In this document: positions 54,627 to 64,000 of the stretch, piece by piece
How the letters are laid out: every line of letters begins with the position of its first letter
How positions within the stretch are numbered: position 1 is the first letter of the stretch
NCBI GenBank assembly: GCA_030141605.1
Contig: JAQGDQ010000002.1
Coordinates: forward strand, 434,001 to 498,000
DNA from: Tubiluchus corallicola
Lineage: Eukaryota > Animalia > Priapulida
DNA length: 64,000 nucleotides
Reading direction: 5' to 3'
Translations under genes and position numbers: made by a program
The notes under the pieces: generated by a model
What the model was told of the DNA's origin: nothing
What the model saw: the letters and a program-made list of their open reading frames with translations, nothing else
Database searches by the model: none

Positions 54627-55199
54627 TTGTTAAATTTGTTCTTTAATTGTTGTTACGTTATTAAAATCTTGTAATATTAAAATAATTAAACAGAATAATT
54701 GCGAAACCAGCATTCGTACATCATACAGTCAATCACCTATATCTACAATGCCATAGAATTCCTCAACCAGGTGAATTATTACAAAGTTGTTTATTGGCTT
54801 TATGCAATAATCATTTTACTCAATAAATCTTAGGCTCTAACCAATATTGCAACATATTGCTCCACCAGTAAAGCAATTTGGCGCAGCAAATAACTGAAAG
54901 AGAGGCCAACTTTGTGCTAACATTATTAATGAGCTGAATCAATGGTCGGTATAACAGAGGCTTGCTTTTCTTACTGATGAGCTGTCCGTCTGAGTGACTT
55001 TCCTAATTACGAATCTAGATTGGATGCTTCTCGGTTTAAGCTCACAAATTTAGATTCTTCAAGCTCTAGGCTCAATAGCTCTCCCAGCCTTGAATGCCTG
55101 ATATACATGACCGTAGGCTACTATACCGCACAAATTATGAATAGAATCAATAACATTTACTGGCTTCATTGAACTTTTTGCAATGATCTCAGTAAGCTG

Positions 55200-55560
55200 G
55201 CTTGGGGACTTGGGAGTCGAAACTTGGGGTAAAAATGCAAGTCTTCAACTTAATTTAAACTTTAGCGCTTGCTATTTGACCATACTATATTTAAGCATAT
55301 GTTAAAAATTTAGGCCTGCATGCATTAATTGTTTGCTACTGACAGCAATAGTTGACGTTTGCATCGTGTATTGATTCTGCGTCCATACACACATGAAGCT
55401 TATACTCTTCTAGATGATAATATTTTGTAATAGCACAGTTCAGGAAATCTTCGCTTGAAACTTGAACTGAAAAATTTGCGACGCGACTTAGGACTTGCTG
55501 TCGGAGACTTGCGGTTGGCCCGAGACTTGCTTTTGTTGATTTAAGACTTGATTTAGTATT
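55200..55560. mobile_element. Possible non-autonomous DNA transposon remnant with GACTTG subterminal repeats (hAT-like)
   Basis: Clusters of (G)ACTTG at 55201-55230 and 55486-55552 (about five copies). TIRs not resolved. Confidence 0.4.
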
Positions 55561-57496
55561 TTCCACAATGGCGAGATATGGTGACAAGAAATTTGGTGAC
55601 ACTGATTGATGTCTGATTGATTGATTGTTTTATTTATTTTTTGTACATTACAGTTTCTTTGCGTTCATTGTTTTTACAAAAAAGCCGACAGTATGGTAGA
55701 TTTGTGATATGCGTGTTGTTGAGTTACATCTAGGTATCTAAAAGTATCTGAAGCTAACGTAACCAAAAACTGAGTTGAAAATATTCTACAATGTATGTGA
55801 GATATTCAATTCAACAGTTTCCATCAGAAACCAAGTTAAAACAGAAGAGGAATGTATCAAGAGTTAGCATTTGTGCTGAAGACTGCACATCCTATTGGTT
55901 CTTCTAAAATAGTCAGTAAATCAAAGTTCATTGGCATTTTAAACCTGCAATTTTGCAGTGTAGGTTATTACTGAAAATTTACTGGCCTATAAATTGCAAC
56001 TGTCCAAATTAGCTTGATGTTATAGCCCTACATTATCTTGAATTGTCAGTAATTAATAATTCTTAGAAATTCAGTCGCCAGAATTCTTGATAATTAGATT
56101 TATTCAATTCAAGTAGATCGCTTCAGGCTGAGCTGTTAAACTGACAAAAAGTTTTCTATACTTTTGACTGTCAAAATGTATATAATGTAGACTTAGTTAT
56201 TAATGCCTATTAATGGCAAGCTTCTTATAGTTTTACGTGAGACGTGTTAGCTCAATGGCTAGGACAGACATGCATATACATATATAACCTTACCCACTTG
56301 TAGAAGATACTCTAGAGACACCCTCCTCTTCATCGGTTCTTAAATGATGTAAGGTAAAAATGCACAGGTATAAAATTTGAGTTCGGGGTTACGGCTACTG
56401 TGAGGGATAATTAATTAATTATTTTAGTTATTTTATCTCTGCCAAGGAAGTTATGCTTCAACGCTGTTTGTTTGTTTTTTGTCTTTGTACATATAGTAGT
56501 AAGCCTATTATGCAACAACTACTACAGATTTCCGCGAAACATTGTTGTCAGAAGGTGGGTAGGGGATAAGAAAGGTGCATTTTATCCCCTGGATAGAGGA
56601 GGGGAAAGCTGCCAAAATGGACATTTTTTCGCCTATTCTTTTTCACAAAGCTTGACAGAATACCATGTACAAAAAACATACCTGAAGCACTTTGTGGTGG
56701 TCTCAGAGAGACTGTTATAACTCTTTGGAAAGAAGTGGGCTTGGCTACAAGATATGGCAGTTCTTTTTTATTATCTCCACCAGGACAAAGAACTACGAAT
56801 TATTTCCAGACTTCGTTTCGAAAAAATCTCGCTTGGAAAACTGTGTAAGGCTGTCTTGTTTATCTTTGTTTTACGTTTGTTTCCTATAAAAAACATCAGA
56901 CGAACATGATTAGGAATTTTTCTTCACTCGTACTTTCACGCAGATTTTTTTTACTTTCTTTTGCTGCCACTAAGCCAAATATGATCCCCTTTTCTCTTGA
57001 GTTTTTGCGATTTCGACAAAAGATAAAAGCGACTCTTCTTGATCTGTTAATTTGTTTTCCTATCAGTTGTTTGTTTCTTCATTAATGAATTTATTTTTTA
57101 AGTTTATTTCAGCTAAATTAACTTTAGTCGGAGAGATTTGTGAACTGCATGTAAATTTCCATTTGTTTTCAAATACACTTTTCTCGTGTTCCATCAACCA
57201 GCGGTCTTTTCTCTGTTGATCATTCGCCAGTTTCTAAAGATGTCATTTGATAAAAGTCAGTTTTCCATTAGTCATTTTCAGTCAATACTCAATAGCCCAT
57301 TCTTCGTTATTTTTTCTGGCGTATCTGTTTCTTTTAGAATTCAATTACGCTGATTCAACAATAGGTATACAGCTTAGGACAATTTCAGTAAACCCAGGGA
57401 ACTCTAAGCAGCGCTCTTAATAATTTGGTTTCCTTAGCCATAATTTCATCAAGATTTTTTTCACCTCAGACCAGTTTTGCTCCCTAAGAGACATAT

Positions 57497-57736
57497 ATAC
57501 ATACATACATACATACATACATACATACATACATACATACATACATACATACATACATACATACATACATACATACATACATACATACATACATACATAC
57601 ATACATACATACATACATACATACATACATACATACATACATACATACATACATACATACATACATACATACATACATACATACATACATACATACATAC
57701 ATACATACATACATACATACATACATACATACATAC
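57497..57736. repeat. Perfect (ATAC)n microsatellite, ~60 units
   Basis: Directly visible. Confidence 0.98.
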
Positions 57737-60039
57737 ACACATACATAATGTATGCATGCATACACACACAAGCGCACACATACACACAGGCACACACGCA
57801 CACACACAAACTTTATTTAATGGGGTTTTTACAATACATAAAAGACATTGGCAGTGTACTAGTCTTCACCAATAATTTCTAATTTAGAGACATACTCCCC
57901 AATTAATTTACCTTTAAATCACCATAAATAACCTATGTAATTTGCTACATGATTTTCAACTAGCTGCTCTTCTCTTGTTTAAGCTTAACGAACGGTTGGC
58001 AACGCGCTTAATTAAGATTCAGTACAACTCTTTCCATTGATTGATTACCTCTTTCTCTGCTTCAAGACAGAAAGCAAACAGTTGGAGGCAAAAAGGCCGA
58101 AGAGACAATATGCGATTCTCTCTCCAAGCAGATCAGCTGGAGGCAGCGAATTCTGTGAATCTGTAGTGAAGAGATGTTGTCGCGTCCTTTTGCGAAGACG
58201 AAAACAAATGAGCATCCGCTGCGCTTCGATTGAGCTTCATGAGAGGTTTACCAGCACAAGTAAACGCTCCACAAGAATTTATTAACAAATTTTTTGCCAA
58301 CATCTTTGAAATCTATAACGCAAGGTTGCTGCTGGAGGACATAGCTGCTGCTACTGCAGCTATGTATGAGTATTATTGAATGCTGATAGTGATATGAGGC
58401 GCAGACTCACGAAAGTTGCTGCCACTGTAACTTTGGTATTTTTACCATAACCGACATTGGTGCTGCAGTTGTTGATGCTACTGTTTTCATTATTCTTTGT
58501 ACTGCTATTGGTTGTTTTCATTAATGACATTCTTTCTTGCAGTGGATGGGCAGTGAAACCGTCTTCGTGATCAATGTGGTCCCGTTGTTTCATAGTCACA
58601 TTGTCGTCATCGCCGCCATGCTCCTCCTCCTCTTCTTCCTCATCGTTGTCGTCATCGTAGCCGCTGCTACCACCGTGGGCATCCTTTTCCCATTTTTCTC
58701 CTTTTTTCAAGCATGTCTCTAGTAAAAATTAATGATTACTGTTTTTATATTCAAACATGCTGTGCCCTACTACTAATATCATCTACATAACTAGTAACGC
58801 AATGTGGCGAAATTTCTGAGCGATCTCTGAAACGAGAAATAAATGGAATGTTTTCCTCATCAACAGTGACATGCAATGTGAGGAAAAAATGCACTCCTTA
58901 AGATCTACAGCTATCGATCTTTACAATCTACTATACGCGTTTCTAAAATGGTTGCACGATTGATTCAATACGTTGTATTGGCAGAACCAGTCAGCCCTGG
59001 GAATTCAATACAATACAACCAAAATATTATTAAGTAACTGTTTTACCTTTAAGAGCGTGTTTTTCTGGGTACACTACTGCTCTGTTTTCGTCCTGCTAAA
59101 CTTCCAATTACACAAAAAACTGCTGTCAAAACCTGAAAATTTCAAGTTTGTTTAAATCTCCTGGTATCAACCAGACAACCACCTATATTTGGTGCAAATA
59201 GCAGCTAAGCTCTGTGCCTGGGTGACAGTGCGCAATATTGTTTGAGCGACCAAAGTAAAACAGTATTGCACTGCACTTGGATAGTAAATGGATAGATGGC
59301 CGCCATGAAAAACAACTCTAGAAAGTTCCGTCTGCCATTCTTACGTTACTCGAGGAGGGATAGATGATATACATCCAAAAATGGCCAAGACGATTTTAGT
59401 TTAAGCGTAGTTTTATTGCAATAACGAAAATTATAATACGACAGTTTTACAACTGATGAACATTCTCGCCAATGGAACCTAACACTTAGAAAAATGCAGA
59501 CGGTAAAATACAAATAGTTGAAGTTTGATTACTAATAGTATAGATAATTCACAGTTCGTGCTGAAATAAACATTAATATTACTATGAAAACAATGTAAAC
59601 TATTTACAATAGTTAGAAGCGCTTAGTAAAAATTATAATATAAATTTCTGTACCAACTTAAAAAGCTGTAGCTTAACAGTTGTATGAAGGTGTTGATTGC
59701 CACGAAGAAGCAGAGTTCATTTGTTGACAAATCATAAATTCTAATATTATAAGGAAATAGCAAACCATAGAGTTGTTTATAAGTTATCTCGAGCCTGACA
59801 AGAAAAAGGCTAATAATTTCAAAAAGGCACCGTATTTACAAATAGGTAATACAGGGGTTCCGTCATAATTTTTACATCTTTGACTCAGGTCAAAGTTTAG
59901 TTGAGAAAAGCCAACCCACACATGTCTTCTGACGGCTGGTCTACGGTCTATGGATTAATATTTGGGGCGTTTGTTGAAATGTTGAAACCGAAGTGTTTTT
60001 TTCAAATATGATTTAAATGACGATTAAGGGAACACTATT

Positions 60040-60870
60040 ACGAATTTAGAGAGAGAAAGAATCTATAGCAAAAACAAAAAAACGAAATAACAAATAAAGG
60101 CGAGTGATAATTAAAGTATCTAAAATCATTGCCACTGCGTACCGGATATGGCGTGACTTCTCTAACTCTTGGTGGCAATATATCACACACATGTCGAGGA
60201 GTTTTATACAGAAAACGTAAACGAAAATATTTAAACTACATGACTGCAGGGTGAAGACCTGTATTTTCCTGATTGGATCCATGGATCCAGACATTGCGCC
60301 AATACAAATTCGAGTTGCATTTAAATGAATATTTTTAAGGAGATCCAGAGAGCCACGACCACAGCCAGGCCACACAATGTTGCCGTACTGTTTTAATTTA
60401 AATATGAGACTAGTATACCTGATAAGGTATAACAGTATACTTTATCAAACGCTTTGCTGATCGAGGAAGGGAGCTCAAGTTTCAAACCATAATCTAGGTT
60501 TTCATAAATTTTATGTGCAACAGAAACTAACTGACTAATAGTATTATTACATGGCCTGAAACCAGTGTTATGTTCATCTAACAAATTGTTATGGAAAACC
60601 AATTAATCATAAAGTACTTTAAACACAATACTTTCTAATAGTTTGGCGGTACAAGAAAGTAAAGATATTGGTCGATAATTTGACGTTTCTTCCCATTATA
60701 TTTTTTGAATGCGAGACATACATTAGCACCTTTCCACTCAGTAGTGAAGTGACTATTTCTTAAAATACATAAAAAGCAATTTTCGTTAGGAGTAAAGATT
60801 TTTTAAAAATACTTTATTACCTATACCGTCTGGCCCTGTTGATTTAAAGATACCTTTACCGGTTCAATAT
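60040..60870 (-). mobile_element. Internally deleted CR1/L2-group LINE ORF2 fragment, similar to the family at 1-1320
   Basis: KSTGPDGIGN (~60845), EWKGANV, NYRPISLLSCTAKLLESIVF (~60680-60620), TGFRP..NTISQL, ISKAFDKV (~60460), then directly QYGNIVWPGC...LLKNIHLNATRICIGA. Confidence 0.88.
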
Positions 60871-63800
60871 CTCATTTTAGAGAACTGATTTTAAAAGTTG
60901 CGGTCTTGCCACAGTCAGCAACTTCATAAGCAAGTATCTTGTCTTTGAGTGCTGCGTACAACTTGCAGTATGCCGAACTATGCAAAAAAGAGTAAACTGG
61001 CGTCAGCAGAGTAATCAAAAGGAAAATTTTTCTTTTTACTTTGGCTTCCCAAATTAAAAGAGGGCGGTTGGAAATATTTTTTTAAATTTTCTTTTGCAAA
61101 ATTAGTCTTATTCATAAACTCTGTACGATACTGCTGCTTGCAAAATTTGTAATGAAATTTGTACTGAATGGAAAGTTGTGCTGAAATTTGTAATGTACTG
61201 AAATTTCTAATATACAATAAAAAAAATTTCACTGAACTCTCAATAAACTTATTGAAAGGCATACTGACAACGTTTTAAAGTTTGTACTTAAAAATGACAA
61301 ATTCAGAAAAACACTGTTATTTATTAACTGTTCGTTAAAATTACACTCGCTACAATTAAGGAAAAGGAAAACCTTACTAGAAAATACATGTAAAACAAAC
61401 TTGAGTTTTAGTCAATTATGCCTTATATGAAAAAAACTTTTAAATGATAGTAATATGATCTTCGCGTTTAAGTGGATTCTTTTAATATTTATTTGATTTT
61501 TTAATAAAGGTTTATTGTGTAATGGCATATTTTTTAACAGTAGGTTGTACTATCACTATTGCACTTTGTATAATCTTAGTATATTTTTTACCATTCTATA
61601 GTTAGTCTTTTTGTAAATGCAATTTTATTCGTTTTTTTAACTGCAATTTTTGTATGCTAGTAAACATTTTTATGATACGTATTTGTCATGCAACTTTGTG
61701 AATTCGTATTGAAAGCGTGGTATGCATACCATGAATAATTTTGCAACATCGTATTAGTTTTGCTCCCCTTACTGTCGACATACGCGAAGCATATTCTCCA
61801 ATGAAATTAATTTTTGAAATGCAGTGTCTTCGATTACAAGAGAGGTGACATACAGATAGTAACAGACTGTCTGGCCTCTATTGATTACATTGGGAAGCAG
61901 TGGTTATAAACTGACTGGTTCAAAAGGTTGTTAACATCACTCTTAATATTATTTTTAAATGGTAAGCGCATTTAAGATACATATATTTTTGTTCCGATGT
62001 GCTTTTGAATTTTAATACAATCGTCGTTTTTATCGTTTCTGTCCCAAGGAAGGGTCTGTAGTGAATTAATTATAACTTGTGTGTAACTTGCCGAAAATGT
62101 GAGTCCTGTGGATAATGGTAACGCGTTTAAGCCACGAAACGGACGCATTCAAAATATTTTGTGTTTTGTTCATCTATCCAGCCAGCATTATTACAAAAAT
62201 ATATATAACTTTGATGGTAGTGATGACCATAACGGGCCATCACCATTGTAGTGGTGAAAATTGGTTATGGCGATCTAATGAGGCTCAGTTCCACAAATTG
62301 GACAACTGAACTCTCCTTTGATAATACCTTAAAGTTATATTAACCCGTCACCTGGTTGACCTGTTTTTCCTAGCCTTTTCGACGGGCGTATAGTCGACTC
62401 AGAGCGCTAACTGACCAACAAAATAAACCTAAGGCTTCTATGCAGGATCTCTTCTCCCAGGGTCGCTGAAAGACCGTTCACTAGAAAATCACTTTGAAAA
62501 GTCTAAATCAAATTCTGCCGGTGAATCAGATAATTACTCGTCTAACTCTCTTAGTTCCTTAATGATGAGCAGCCGTGCGGAATTCTTTTAATCGTCTACC
62601 TTTGCAGGTAAGACGAAACAGTTACCATAGTAACGGGTACCTATTCAGTCAAAATGTCAATTCAGAAAATGTTTTGAAAAGGTTAATTAGCATTGCGTAA
62701 AGAGTTACACATTTTGCGCAAGCATATTTCAAGCCACGTAATGATTTTGTTTCGGGAAATTTTAGCACGATACTACTGCTAACGGAAATATTGTAGTTTG
62801 CTTGAGAAAATATTTTACTTGTTAGCAGGTCGATAAAAAGTGCACTGTTTGTTTTCCTTTTCAAAGCACTTGAAAACTCTGCCACCAATTTAAATGGTTT
62901 ATTATTTCAGTTCAAGAAACTTAATTTCCAAAGGACTAAATTATTATTGGCTTACCCCATAAATAAACAATCCTATAACATTTATGCGTGTGTCATAATT
63001 AGCTCACTAAATCTAATAAATTACCTTTGAGGCCAAATAAACTATAATGATGTGTGAGGTCATTCGCATTTTTATCCATGAAAAACACCTGCATGAACAC
63101 CCTTATTTTATTTTGTTGTACTTAAAGAGTTTTTTGCTTGTCAGAAAAGACTTAGGATACTAAATCTATTTCATTAGTTTATGCTCACGTAAACGCGTCG
63201 CAATTGAAATTATAATCTTAATACAGGTTTAATTAAGACCTAATTAAGATCTAATTAGCGCTTAAATTAAGCTGATGCAGTAAACACATAAATGTTTTGA
63301 TATTTTCTTTCTTCTGAAATAGCTTCTGAAATAGTGTTTGCAAGATTCACTTGCAAAGTTGCAACTGGTGCTGATCAAACTAAGCTTTGGCTCCTTCCCA
63401 TCGTTTTAGTTGCGCCGTCTTGCTTTAGTGAACGGAACTAGTATTCGTTTATGTCAAAATTTGTAAATTCTCAATTTGTTGGTGCGCTTCTAGTTGCTTA
63501 TTTGTTTGTTTTTCTGTTTATTTTACACTGAGAGTATCTCTATACTCACCTCATTACTTACTAGAGAATTAAGATAATTTTAACATTAAGTAAATGTCTT
63601 CGAATACTTAAAATTGCCATTATGTCTCTAGGTTTAAACACCAGTGTTCATTCAAAAAACGTAGGGATAAAGTGCAGGGAAGCAAAATGTCGAAAAAAAT
63701 TCGAACAACATATAAGAAAAATCTATGCATGATTCAAAGAGAAATAGAAATACGTTGTGCTTCGTGATTTATGTCATCAACGAATAACAACAGATTTTTC

Positions 63801-64000
63801 TTCCTAGTTCGTTATTTGAATCACGAATAATGAATATCAATAAAATTGCGAATAACAGTCAATGCGCAACAAGCTGAGTTTGTGGCGCTAATTAATTATT
63901 GTGATGCAACTATAATTTAATAATTGTATAGTGCGATTGTACGTGTTATCAAATGTGATGAATGTATCTACCTCATTGCGTTCACGCGTAATGCATTTGT

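Noticed and set aside
54238-54646. Four overlapping His/Ile/Ser/Met-rich ORFs
   Set aside because: They arise from trinucleotide low-complexity sequence; the same applies to ORFs at 23884-24166, 48593-48917, 36099-36434, 49207-49569 and 58360-58722.
56900-57410. LINE ORF1 (SGNH esterase-like) remnant on the minus strand
   Set aside because: A-rich coding-like composition but no motif I could confirm.
57417-57875. Long ORFs (MYVC)n / (HTYI)n
   Set aside because: These are translations of the (ATAC)n microsatellite.
58037-58285. GC-richer 82-aa ORF as a coding exon
   Set aside because: No recognisable homology and weak splice signals.

Overview
AT-rich, gene-sparse animal (probably invertebrate) nuclear DNA, not prokaryotic. 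Most ORFs in the supplied track are spurious (microsatellites, decayed LINEs). Two divergently oriented, intron-rich genes can be supported. (1) On the minus strand is the first coding exon of an FRS2/FRS3-like adaptor (MG-Cys N-terminus plus IRS-type PTB domain, 5692-5451); its downstream exons appear to lie left of the window. (2) On the plus strand are 5' exons of a PDZ protein that I recognise from memory as the N-terminus of stardust/PALS1 (MPP5). Two exons 15 kb apart (32778-32901 and 48105-48233) each encode a different N-terminal half of a PDZ domain and both end in phase 1 on the same G, which suggests interchangeable half-domains spliced to a shared exon right of the window. The rest is decayed non-LTR retrotransposon fragments (CR1/L2-group and RTE-like), MITE-like elements, 15-17 bp minisatellites, a ~250 bp foldback and many microsatellites. 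All analysis was by eye; no searches were run.
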